From a virus (lineage: Duplodnaviria; Caudoviricetes): a stretch of DNA of 64,000 nt. Positions 27,843 to 35,818 of the stretch are shown in pieces. The stretch spans positions 1 to 64,000 of IMG/VR virus record IMGVR_UViG_2675903060_000001; one strand, given 5' to 3'. The stretch's first letter is position 1, and each line of letters begins with the position of its first letter. A program made the position numbers and the translations under genes. A model generated the notes under the pieces. That model saw only the letters and a program-made list of their open reading frames with translations. It had not been told where the DNA came from and did no database searches.

Positions 27843-28047
27843 AACCGGCGGAAAGAATGGCCTCGACCTCCTCCGCGGTGACGGTCCGGCCCTGGCCCCG
27901 GCTCCGGCTGACGTCCTCCGCGATCTGCTCGTGGGTCCAGCCGGGGCAGGCGCGGGCCATTTCGCGCACCTCCGCCGTGGTCTTCTCCTGCTCGTCCGTC
28001 GTGATCGGGGTGAAGTGCGTGCTGCCGGGGCTGTGGTGGCTGTCCAT
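27838..28047 (-). CDS. Small HTH-like protein (69 aa)
   Basis: PGWTHEQIAEDVS..VTAEEVEAIL; GAAGGGA RBS. Confidence 0.65.
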   Translation of the reverse strand: MDSHHSPGSTHFTPITTDEQEKTTAEVREMARACPGWTHEQIAEDVSRSRGQGRTVTAEEVEAILSAGS

Positions 28048-28098
28048 GGTGATGTCCCTTCGCGAGGAGTTGTTCTGTCCCCGCCAGCATGGCGGGTC

Positions 28099-28155
28099 CG
28101 TTGGCGGTTCCGCATGCGTTCCCTGCGTATTGGTGCGTTGGCGGTTCCGCCAGCG
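28099..28155. promoter_or_regulatory. Two tandem copies of the dispersed palindrome
   Basis: CGTTGGCGGTTCCGCATGCG (28099) and CGTTGGCGGTTCCGCCAGCG (28136). Confidence 0.75.
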
Positions 28156-28368
28156 GTTGCGTGCCCGCGATCATGTGTGAAACACTTCGTGCGGGCGGCA
28201 CCCCTATGCCCATCACCCCCCTTGTGACCTGGGCCGATACGGATTGCGGGACTGGACGCGTCTGTGACGGTGCGTGTGCCGCCCCCACCCTTTCCTATCG
28301 GCCGTGGCGTGTTCGCGCGTCTCCGGCCATCTCAGCGCGCCGATTCTTCACGGGAAGCGGGGGTGAAC

Positions 28369-28602
28369 ATGGCCCCGGTCACCGCCGCGATGGCCGCACA
28401 GCGCCTCGGCCGATCCCCGACCACCATCCGCCTGTGGGCCCACCGGTATGCCGCTCGCACGCTCGGCCGGGACGGGCGGCAGGTCGTCTACGACTACGAC
28501 GACCTGGCCACGATCGAGTGGTGCATCTGGGCCGGCCACGTCGTACCGCTCACCCCTGAGGAGCGGGACGAGCTGCGCGCCGCCCGCCGGCGAGCAGCCT
28601 GA
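28369..28602 (+). CDS. MerR/excisionase-like HTH protein
   Basis: VTAAMAAQRLGRSPTTIRLWAHR..VYDYDDL. Confidence 0.75.
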   Translation: MAPVTAAMAAQRLGRSPTTIRLWAHRYAARTLGRDGRQVVYDYDDLATIEWCIWAGHVVPLTPEERDELRAARRRAA

Positions 28603-28623
28603 TGCAGCACGAAAGGAACCTGT

Positions 28624-28839
28624 ATGAACTTCGGCCATGCCCTGGCGCACCTCCGCGACGGCCACAAGGTCACCCGCGACGGCTGGAACGGTCGCGGCAT
28701 GTGGCTCGCCCTCCAGGTCCCCGACCAGCACTCGAAGATGAGCCGCCCCTACATCTACATGTCCACCGTGGACGGCGGCCTGGTGCCGTGGGTCGCGTCC
28801 CAGACGGACCTGCTCGCCGACGACTGGCGGCTGGCGTAG
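28624..28839 (+). CDS. tad2: DUF2829 / Thoeris anti-defence 2 (Tad2)-family protein
   Basis: MNFGHAL..G.KV.R.GWNG.GMW..PYIYM..VPW.ASQTDLLADDW. Confidence 0.9.
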   Translation: MNFGHALAHLRDGHKVTRDGWNGRGMWLALQVPDQHSKMSRPYIYMSTVDGGLVPWVASQTDLLADDWRLA

Positions 28840-28863
28840 CCCCGCCCTCTTGAAGGAGCCCTC

Positions 28864-29094
28864 GTGCAGATCAGGCCCCGCGTCCGCATCGTCGGCGCCG
28901 AACGCCACCAGCTCGCCCAGCACATCGCTGGCCGCTACAGCGCGGGCGAGTCCATCCGCGCGCTCGCGGCCTCGATCGGCCGCTCGTACGGGTTCATCCA
29001 CCAGCTCCTGGAGGAGGCGGGCGCCGAGATCCGGCACCGCGGCGGCAACCACCGCACCCGCCCCACCACCACGGCGGCCGGGGCCGGAAAGTGA
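28864..29094 (+). CDS. HTH_58-type DNA-binding protein
   Basis: RYSAGESIRALAASIGRSYGFIHQLL.EAG..R.RGG. Confidence 0.85.
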   Translation: MQIRPRVRIVGAERHQLAQHIAGRYSAGESIRALAASIGRSYGFIHQLLEEAGAEIRHRGGNHRTRPTTTAAGAGK

Positions 29095-29261
29095 CGCCCG
29101 CCGAGCAGGCCGCCGTGCAGGCGGGGAAGATGCTGGACCTGGCCGCCGAGCACCTCCTGGAGCCCGAGTACGTGGCGAACTGTGTGGCCGTGGCGGACGC
29201 GTGGACGCGGCTGCACTTGGCCCTGACGACCGGTGCGATCATGCGGTTCTCGCCGGACTGA
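29091..29261 (+). CDS. Hypothetical 56-aa protein
   Basis: GTGA overlap; MTPAEQAAVQAGKMLDLAAEH... Confidence 0.55.
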   Translation: MTPAEQAAVQAGKMLDLAAEHLLEPEYVANCVAVADAWTRLHLALTTGAIMRFSPD

Positions 29262-29561
29262 TCAGTCCTCCGGGTGCACACCCAGGTAGTCGCGGGCCGC
29301 GCCGCCCAGCTCGTACGGCTTCACGAGGACCTGGAGACCCTGCTCGGCGTCCCACGTGGCGACTTCGCGCAGCTTGTCGTCCACGAAGGTGGGGCTCTGG
29401 CCGTCGCCCTCGTTCGGCGCCCAATCGCCGGCGGCCCACGCCGCGGCGTCGGCAGCGAACTTCCCGCGCATGTCCTCCCCCCAGGCGATGAAGCTCCACG
29501 CCTGGTCGCCGTTGGCGACGACGAGGATTTCGCTGTTCGTCTCGTACAGGGTGATGGTCAT
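29262..29561 (-). CDS. Hypothetical protein
   Basis: GAAGGAG RBS. Confidence 0.75.
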   Translation of the reverse strand: MTITLYETNSEILVVANGDQAWSFIAWGEDMRGKFAADAAAWAAGDWAPNEGDGQSPTFVDDKLREVATWDAEQGLQVLVKPYELGGAARDYLGVHPED

Positions 29562-29691
29562 GACCTGCTCCTTCGCGGTGTGCTGAGGTCGTGCGCCACG
29601 CCATGTGCGTGGGGCACCGCAGTTCGTTGAGATCCTCAGCCCCGAGGAGCTGCCACAGGCCGGACGAAGCCGACCATGGTCTCAACATAGC

Positions 29692-29719
29692 GGAGCCCGC
29701 CGACATCGCGGCGGGCTCC
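29692..29719 (-). terminator. Hairpin terminator
   Basis: GGAGCCCGCCG..CGGCGGGCTCC. Confidence 0.6.
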
Positions 29720-29745
29720 GGATTGATCTCGTTGAAGCTCCTCCC

Positions 29746-30126
29746 TTACCTGACCAGCTCGACGCCGCGCGCCAGTCCCCACATGCGTAGGGCCAGCTCC
29801 TCCGGGTCGTCGCCCTCCAGGTGCTCCCCGTCACCGACCTGCCGGAACAGGCGAGCCACCTCACGGGCCGCGCTGCGCGCACTGCCCCGAGGGATGTCCG
29901 CCAGGCCCGTGCTGGCCGGCTCGGCGTAGGTGACGTCGGAGTAGTACAGCTCGACCACGTGGGCGGCGATCCGGTAGCGCTCCTGCTGGTCGCAGTCGTC
30001 GCAGTTCGCGGGCTGGCCGCTCCAGATGGTGCGGGTGAGAGCCTGCTCCAGAGAGAGGGAGAGGTCGCCGAGCATGATGTCGGCCGCCCGCTCCAGGACG
30101 TAGGCGACGCACACGAAACTAGCCAT
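29746..30126 (-). CDS. Hypothetical protein
   Basis: MASFVCVAYVLERAADI...; coupled. Confidence 0.65.
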   Translation of the reverse strand: MASFVCVAYVLERAADIMLGDLSLSLEQALTRTIWSGQPANCDDCDQQERYRIAAHVVELYYSDVTYAEPASTGLADIPRGSARSAAREVARLFRQVGDGEHLEGDDPEELALRMWGLARGVELVR

Positions 30127-30466
30127 CGAGCCGCCCCCTCGCGGCGAGCTCCAGTTCCCGCGCCGCCTGCGCGGGCGGGATCGGGATGACGACGACCCGA
30201 TCGGTCGGGTACGCCTCGTACGCCTCGCCCGGCTGCGCCTCCGTCCCGAAAAGGATCGGCGCCTCGTAGCCGTCGTTGACGTACTCGGCGAACAGGATGC
30301 GCGGCCACTCGCCGCCCACCTTCGGCGGCTCGCAAGGCAGCACGTCGAGCATGGCCACCAGCCGGAACCGGCCGCCCGAGGCGAACCGCATGACCAGCTC
30401 GTGCACGTCCATCGCGATCGAGCCGGGCTCGTCGTAATCACTACGGTCGGGGAAGGTCTCACGCAC
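30119..30466 (-). CDS. Hypothetical protein
   Basis: Coupled, high GC3. Confidence 0.65.
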   Translation of the reverse strand: MRETFPDRSDYDEPGSIAMDVHELVMRFASGGRFRLVAMLDVLPCEPPKVGGEWPRILFAEYVNDGYEAPILFGTEAQPGEAYEAYPTDRVVVIPIPPAQAARELELAARGRLDG

Positions 30467-30845
30467 CTTCGGTGACCTCCTTGACGGCCGCCCGCACCCG
30501 GTCGGCCTGGTCGTGGGGGAGGACCACGCGGGCGTTGCTCCCGCAGGCGGGGAAGCTGACCGTCAGGTCCAGGCCGTGCTGGTCGCTGACGGCGGTAAGC
30601 CACACGTCTCCGTCCGGGTCTTTCAGGGGGAGCGTGCGCTGGCCGTGGACGGCGTTCGGGCCGAGCATGCCGAACAGCAGGTTGAGGTCGTGGGGCTCCA
30701 GTCCGAGCAGGAGGCCGGACACGTTGACGATGACGCTGCCGACCGGAGCGTCCGGCAGGGCGTCGATCACGTCGAAGTACGAGCCGTCCGTGTCGATGTA
30801 GAGCGACGAGTACGCGAAGGGTGCCGTCGCGGTGGCCTCAGCCAT
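30459..30845 (-). CDS. Hypothetical protein (weak SsgA-like resemblance)
   Basis: DGDVWL..LTVSFP..ARVVLP. Confidence 0.6.
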   Translation of the reverse strand: MAEATATAPFAYSSLYIDTDGSYFDVIDALPDAPVGSVIVNVSGLLLGLEPHDLNLLFGMLGPNAVHGQRTLPLKDPDGDVWLTAVSDQHGLDLTVSFPACGSNARVVLPHDQADRVRAAVKEVTEGA

Positions 30846-30972
30846 TCCACACCACAACGGTGCTGTGGACGGGGCACGCGCCCATGTCCGAGTGCAGGTG
30901 GTAGGTGCCGGACAGGCCGCACGCGGTGCGCGGGTCGGCCGAGCAGTCGTAGACGCACGTGCAGTTTTTCAC
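30838..30972 (-). CDS. Small Cys/His-rich protein (44 aa)
   Basis: MKNCTCVYDC..C..H.H..CPVH; GAAAGGA RBS. Confidence 0.55.
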   Translation of the reverse strand: MKNCTCVYDCSADPRTACGLSGTYHLHSDMGACPVHSTVVVWNG

Positions 30973-31039
30973 GGGTGTCCTTTCGCAGGTCGGTGTCTTT
31001 TCGCGAGGAATCGACGCCACCGTACGACCGGCACCTTGG

Positions 31040-31570
31040 TTATGTCGGGCATCTGCTCGAATTCGTTGGCGGAAGCGCCAACGCTTCCTCGGTCTGTGCC
31101 CTGGCCTGCACCAGCTCCTCGAACCTCGCGATGTCCTCCGGGGTCGCCAGCTTCCAGTCCCGGCCGCTGACCCTCAACGCCAGGTTGTGCAACTCGCGGT
31201 GCTGTACGTCCCATTTGACGTCGCTCTCGCCCAGCAGGGCCGTGGCCAGTTCGACCGTGGGCGACACGTACCGACCGTTGACCATCGCGGAGCTGTACTG
31301 ACCGTCGATGAACTTCTCGACGGAGCCCTCGCCGTGGACCTCGCAGATGATCGACTCCTCGATGAGGTCGTCGTTGTCGTCGTCGTAGTCGTAGCGTTCG
31401 ATTACTCCGTCAGCGCTGACGGGGCCGTGCGCCACGACATGCGTCCAGGCGGTCAGACGGGTGCCATCACCGCATTCCGCGCATCTGTAGACGCTGGTTG
31501 CTGGTGCGGTGCCATCCTCGGTGGCCTGGGGTGCTGTCTTCGGTAGCTGTCTTGTGCGAGTGCGGGTCAT
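31040..31570 (-). CDS. Hypothetical protein with CxxC..CxxH
   Basis: Coupled to the resolvase; AAGGAG RBS. Confidence 0.7.
   Translation of the reverse strand: MTRTRTRQLPKTAPQATEDGTAPATSVYRCAECGDGTRLTAWTHVVAHGPVSADGVIERYDYDDDNDDLIEESIICEVHGEGSVEKFIDGQYSSAMVNGRYVSPTVELATALLGESDVKWDVQHRELHNLALRVSGRDWKLATPEDIARFEELVQARAQTEEALALPPTNSSRCPT
31064..31083. promoter_or_regulatory. Dispersed 20-bp palindrome
   Basis: CGTTGGCGGAAGCGCCAACG. Confidence 0.7.
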
Positions 31571-32241
31571 GCTGAGATCTCCTTGTCTGGGTCGAGGCTG
31601 CGGGCGGTCGCGGCAGCGCGCAGCTCCTTGAGGTCGGGGATGTGGTTGTAGAGGGTGCCGACGCTGACACCGAGCAGCTTGGCGATCGACGTGATCGAGT
31701 GCTCCGGATTCGGCAGCATGTCCTTCGCGGCCCGGATCAGGTCGGGGCTGACGACGGTCGGCCGGCCACCGACCCGGCCGCGCGCGCGAGCCGCGGCCAA
31801 GCCCTCGCGGGTGCCCGCGATGATGAGTTCGCGGATGAACTCGGCGAGGGCGGCGAAGACGTGGAAGATGAGCCGGCCGCCGGGCGTGGTGGTGTCCAGG
31901 TTCTCGTGCAGGCTGGTGAACCCGATCTCGCGGCGCCGGAGTTCGCCGACCATGGTGATGAGGTCGGCGAGGGATCGGCCGTAGCGGTCGAGGCTGGGGA
32001 CGACGAGGGTGTCTCCGGCTTGGAGGAAGGCGTGGCACGCTTGGAGCTCGGGGCGCTGGGCGGTCTTGCCGGACTTCTTGTCGGCGAAGATGCGTCGGCA
32101 CCCGGCGGCCTTGAGTGCGTCGATCTGGCGGTCGAGGATCTGTCCGCCGGTGGAGACGCGGGCGTAGCCGATGCAGATCTCGGTGGGGCGCGCGGGGAAG
32201 GTCGCGAGGAGGTCGTCTGGGGGCTGGAGGTTGTCGGTCAC
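31567..32241 (-). CDS. Small serine recombinase (resolvase/invertase family)
   Basis: IGYARVST..Q..Q.DAL..GDTLVV.SLDR.GRS..ALAEF.RELI..T.EGL.AARARGR.GGRP plus C-terminal HTH. Confidence 0.95.
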   Translation of the reverse strand: MTDNLQPPDDLLATFPARPTEICIGYARVSTGGQILDRQIDALKAAGCRRIFADKKSGKTAQRPELQACHAFLQAGDTLVVPSLDRYGRSLADLITMVGELRRREIGFTSLHENLDTTTPGGRLIFHVFAALAEFIRELIIAGTREGLAAARARGRVGGRPTVVSPDLIRAAKDMLPNPEHSITSIAKLLGVSVGTLYNHIPDLKELRAAATARSLDPDKEISA

Positions 32242-32249
32242 CCTCGAAT

Positions 32250-32375
32250 CCTCTCAAGAAACGGTGTTCGGGGGTTGTTGAACGCCCAAGGTTATTGAAT
32301 AAGTTTTTGAGGGGTTTGGGGGCTCTTTTCGAGGCCCTGTGATCATCCTCAAAAAACGATCGTTTTTTGAAAGCG
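32250..32375. other. Putative res site / resolvase promoter
   Basis: AT-rich region with perfect 22-bp palindrome TCAAAAAACGATCGTTTTTTGA (32349-32370). Confidence 0.65.
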
Positions 32376-32442
32376 TAGATGGCCGACTTGATCATGGTTG
32401 GCGGTCTAGCATCGCGAGTGAACCAATCTCCTCGCGAAAGAG

Positions 32443-32853
32443 ATGATCATGAGCGAAGCTCCCGGCGAACCGTCCTGGATCGCCACGCACACCCGCTACG
32501 GCGTCCGGTACACCGACGCCACCGCCGAGTCGCGCATCGCCTACGACCCGGACGAGTACGACCCGTACAATCGCGCCTTCGCCGCCACGCGCTGCCGGGG
32601 CATCCGCTCGGAGCAGGAGGATCGCGGCATCCCCGTGGACGCCACCCTCATGCGGCGGCTGCCCGGCGGCGAGTGGGAAGAAGACACGGAGTGGGCGGCC
32701 GACATCCAGGCGTGGGACGAGTACGTCGCCAAGATGAACGCCCTCGACGCGGCGGACGACGTCCAGAGCATGACGGACCTCCGTTACGGCCGGGACCGGT
32801 GGCTGGCAAACCGCCGTAAGGAACTCCTCGCGGCGGGCGGTGAGGCCCGATGA
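32443..32853 (+). CDS. Hypothetical protein
   Basis: First gene of the coupled array; ends GGEAR. Confidence 0.7.
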   Translation: MIMSEAPGEPSWIATHTRYGVRYTDATAESRIAYDPDEYDPYNRAFAATRCRGIRSEQEDRGIPVDATLMRRLPGGEWEEDTEWAADIQAWDEYVAKMNALDAADDVQSMTDLRYGRDRWLANRRKELLAAGGEAR

Positions 32854-33128
32854 GCCGCCCCATCATCACCACCGTGTCGGAGGTCAAAGCGCTGGCCGAC
32901 TCCCGGCGCCGCGCTGGGTTACCCGCCACGCCGCTGCCCGCCGGCCTGACCATCCGAGGCGTCGATGTCCGCGAAGCGAAGGACATCCTCCGGGGCGCCT
33001 TCGTCTCCGCGCCCACCACCGTCCACATCTCCAGCCGTGACGAAGGTGTCTACGTCGAGCACGCCGACCCGGCGGTCATCGCGGAGCTTCGGGAGGAGCT
33101 GCGCGTCGGAGGGTGGGACGTCCGATGA
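32850..33128 (+). CDS. Hypothetical protein
   Basis: ATGA coupling. Confidence 0.65.
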   Translation: MSRPIITTVSEVKALADSRRRAGLPATPLPAGLTIRGVDVREAKDILRGAFVSAPTTVHISSRDEGVYVEHADPAVIAELREELRVGGWDVR

Positions 33129-33424
33129 GCCTGCGCACCACGCTCTCACCCGAGAAGCTGGCCGAGCTGGCGGCCGAGGGAAAGGCCGAGGCGGCACGGA
33201 GCCCGTTCGTGAACCCTGACGCCGTTGCCGCGTCCAAGAAGATCCTGCGCGAGCGGGGCGAGGTCTGGGCGGCGAGCGTCCTGATGCGGGACCTGTCCCG
33301 CCGGTCGCTGGCACTCCCGCAGTACCCGTGGCTGGAGGACGGGGAGCTGGAGACCCTGATCCTGGCCGACCGCGCCGAGTGGGACCAGCTCGCCGCCGCG
33401 GCCCAGGGCGGTGAGGCTCGATGA
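33125..33424 (+). CDS. Hypothetical protein
   Basis: ATGA coupling; ends GGEAR. Confidence 0.7.
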   Translation: MSLRTTLSPEKLAELAAEGKAEAARSPFVNPDAVAASKKILRERGEVWAASVLMRDLSRRSLALPQYPWLEDGELETLILADRAEWDQLAAAAQGGEAR

Positions 33425-33648
33425 GCGACGTGCTCAATGTCGTTGCAGTCGGCCACCACGGCGACGAGCTGTTCGACAACGCGCTCGCCCAGGGCCGCGC
33501 GCACTTCGGGGATGACGCCATTCTGGAGGCGGACCTCGACCACGAGAGGTCAGAGCGTGAGCGGGGGACCGTCCCGCCCGAGGCTGAGGCGTCGAACATG
33601 CCGTTCTTCGCCTACGCCGTGGTGCGCAAGGTTGGTGAGGCTCGATGA
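33421..33648 (+). CDS. Hypothetical protein
   Basis: ATGA coupling; ends GEAR. Confidence 0.65.
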   Translation: MSDVLNVVAVGHHGDELFDNALAQGRAHFGDDAILEADLDHERSERERGTVPPEAEASNMPFFAYAVVRKVGEAR

Positions 33649-33830
33649 GCGCCGTCACCTACGTGGTCACAGTGGACCACGACACGGCCGAGAACGTGGA
33701 GCGCGCTGCCCGCGATCTCGACCTCTACCCAGAGCAGGTGCTGGCGATGCTGGCGGGCCGGGTCGAGGTGGAGTCCGGCGGCCGGCTGGCCCTGTCCGGC
33801 GAGTGCGACGAAGGGGCTGAGGCTCGATGA
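33645..33830 (+). CDS. Hypothetical protein (RHH-like pattern)
   Basis: ATGA coupling; ends AEAR. Confidence 0.6.
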   Translation: MSAVTYVVTVDHDTAENVERAARDLDLYPEQVLAMLAGRVEVESGGRLALSGECDEGAEAR

Positions 33831-34117
33831 GCGCGCCGCCCGTCACCGCGTTCGCCGAGACCGCCGCCCTTTACCACCTCCTCAACGAGGACCTGGCCGA
33901 GGCACGCCGCATCATCGGCGACATGCTCCCCGGCGAGCGGCGGGTGTACGCCGAGCAGCTTGAGCGGCTGCGCGCGATGGTCGGTCAGTCGTGCGAGGAG
34001 TGCGGGGCGCTGACCCCGGCTGCCGAGATCGTGACGGTCCGGCCGCTCGGACCGAATCGGCTCCACCTTTGCCGGGCGTGCGCCGGCATGCCCTCCAGGG
34101 GCGGTGAGGCCGGATGA
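33827..34117 (+). CDS. Hypothetical Zn-finger protein
   Basis: CEEC..CRAC; ends GGEAG. Confidence 0.65.
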   Translation: MSAPPVTAFAETAALYHLLNEDLAEARRIIGDMLPGERRVYAEQLERLRAMVGQSCEECGALTPAAEIVTVRPLGPNRLHLCRACAGMPSRGGEAG

Positions 34118-34497
34118 GCCTCATCGTCTACAAGACCGCGCCCGACCGCGACTGCTACGTGCTGTGGCGGACGAGCAGCGATTCGCCGGTGTTCATCGGC
34201 GACCGCGCCAAGACCGCCGCCCGGCTCCGGCCGGAGTGCGGCCACCCCTCGCTCGCAGAGCAGAAACTGGCCCTGGCCGACCAGACCGGCAGCTCGCACA
34301 TCGATGGCGAGGGCGGCTGGGACCACGAGGGAGTGGCCGCTGGCGGCGGGTGCTTCCCGGACGGGGAGATGCGGTTCGTGCCCCGGTCGAACCTGGAGGC
34401 GTTCGTGCGGGCCGCCGACGCGGGTGACGTGGAGCGGATGCTCTCGTTGGCCACGGAGATGCAGGAGTCGCACGGGTCGGTCGGAGGTGGCTTCTGA
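34114..34497 (+). CDS. Hypothetical protein
   Basis: Ends GSVGGGF. Confidence 0.7.
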   Translation: MSLIVYKTAPDRDCYVLWRTSSDSPVFIGDRAKTAARLRPECGHPSLAEQKLALADQTGSSHIDGEGGWDHEGVAAGGGCFPDGEMRFVPRSNLEAFVRAADAGDVERMLSLATEMQESHGSVGGGF

Positions 34498-34778
34498 TGG
34501 CGCTCACCGAAGCCGAGCGGCTGGAGCGGATCGCTTCGCTGATCCCGACGTGCCCGCCGCCCGATGTCTGGAACGGCATGGACCGGTGCCCGAACCACGG
34601 GGGCCGGTGGCCGTGCGCGCAGACCGAGGCGAACTGGCTCGCCCGCGGCCTCGACCGGTCGGAGGCGCAGCGGGCGGCGCTGGACGCGCTGCCGAAGCCC
34701 GCCGACTACTACGCCGGCCCGGACGAGGAGTACGACCCGGCCGAGGACGTGCGCGGGTCGGTCGGGGGTGGCTTCTGA
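34497..34778 (+). CDS. Hypothetical protein flanked by 29-bp direct repeats
   Basis: Ends GSVGGGF, same as the previous gene. Confidence 0.7.
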   Translation: MALTEAERLERIASLIPTCPPPDVWNGMDRCPNHGGRWPCAQTEANWLARGLDRSEAQRAALDALPKPADYYAGPDEEYDPAEDVRGSVGGGF

Positions 34779-34969
34779 TGGCCGCCCGCACTATGCCGCC
34801 GCCGACGCACGAGTACGCCGGAAGCGACACGGAACGGCAGTCGGTCGGCGCCCCAGGCCACTGCGAGGCGTGCGCCATCCACGGTCATGTGGTGGCGCAC
34901 CCGGAGCTGGGGTGCGGGGATGTTGGCTGCTATCGGCACCACCCCGAGGCCGAGGGCGGCGATGGCTGA
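34778..34969 (+). CDS. Small Cys/His-rich protein
   Basis: CEAC..H..GCGDVGC..H. Confidence 0.6.
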   Translation: MAARTMPPPTHEYAGSDTERQSVGAPGHCEACAIHGHVVAHPELGCGDVGCYRHHPEAEGGDG

Positions 34970-35196
34970 TGAGCCGTAAGCCGAGCCTGGCGCAGCGGGC
35001 AGTGCTGGAACGCTGTCGCGACGAGCAGGTGTGGTACGACTACCTGCACCCTCGCCGGTCCGGTGTCGGTGCTCGGACGTTCGATGCGTTGTTCGACGCG
35101 GGCTGGATCGCCTACGGAGGGGAACGCGGGAGCTCGCGTCTGCTGGTGCTGACCGAGGCGGGCCGCGCGGTCCTCGACGCGGAGGATGCGTCATGA
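34969..35196 (+). CDS. Small winged-helix-like protein
   Basis: TFDALFDAGWI..LTEAGRAVL. Confidence 0.65.
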   Translation: MSRKPSLAQRAVLERCRDEQVWYDYLHPRRSGVGARTFDALFDAGWIAYGGERGSSRLLVLTEAGRAVLDAEDAS

Positions 35197-35441
35197 CCCC
35201 GCGTCTCACCCCGCGCCGGTTGGAGTTCCTTCAGCTCCTTGCCAAGGAGGGGAAGGCGCTGCTGTACGCCTCGTACGAGGACATCCCGGGGTACGGGCTG
35301 AACAAGGCCGACGTGGACGCGCTGGTCACCTTGGGCTTCATCACGGTGGGAGAGCCGACCTGGCATCGCAATACGGTGCGCGAGACGGTGCTCACCGACG
35401 CGGGCCGGGCTGAGCTGGAGCGGCGTGGGAACTCGTCATGA
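35193..35441 (+). CDS. Small winged-helix-like protein
   Basis: VDALVTLGFI..LTDAGRAEL. Confidence 0.65.
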   Translation: MTPRLTPRRLEFLQLLAKEGKALLYASYEDIPGYGLNKADVDALVTLGFITVGEPTWHRNTVRETVLTDAGRAELERRGNSS

Positions 35442-35668
35442 GATCCGAGGAGATCGCCACGCTGCTCCCAGGTGACCGCATCTGGCAGTGGACGTGGACA
35501 GGAGGTAACACGTCCGGGGTTCTGCCGATGACCGTGGTCCGGGTCAACCTTGTGACGGTGACCGTGGACACTGATGCGGGGGATCGTGTTCGTGTCCCTC
35601 ATGATGTGATCGAGGGTCGGGTGGACTGGGAAGAGGCCCGGCCAAGTGATCAACGCCGACCGGAATGA
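35438..35668 (+). CDS. Hypothetical beta-barrel-like protein
   Basis: ATGA coupling; PGDRI..TVVRVN..VTV. Confidence 0.6.
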   Translation: MRSEEIATLLPGDRIWQWTWTGGNTSGVLPMTVVRVNLVTVTVDTDAGDRVRVPHDVIEGRVDWEEARPSDQRRPE

Positions 35669-35778
35669 TCTTCGCGTGCTGGCTGGCTTGCGTGGCCTGC
35701 CAGCACGCGCGGGAAGGTCTTCATGGTCGCGGCTGACAGGCGTTCTGGCCTGGCCTGATGCCTGGTAAGGCTCTCATG

Positions 35779-35818
35779 GTGAGGCGCTGAGAATCGCTCT
35801 CAGCGCCTCACTTATTTT
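35779..35818 (+). terminator. Intrinsic terminator
   Basis: GTGAGGCGCTGAGA-ATCGC-TCTCAGCGCCTCAC-TTATTTT. Confidence 0.8.

Noticed and set aside
31000-32438. Hin-like invertible segment bounded by inverted TCCTCGCGAA copies
   Set aside because: The motif is only ~11 bp, lacks the dyad of a crossover site and also precedes other genes; better explained as a start-associated motif.
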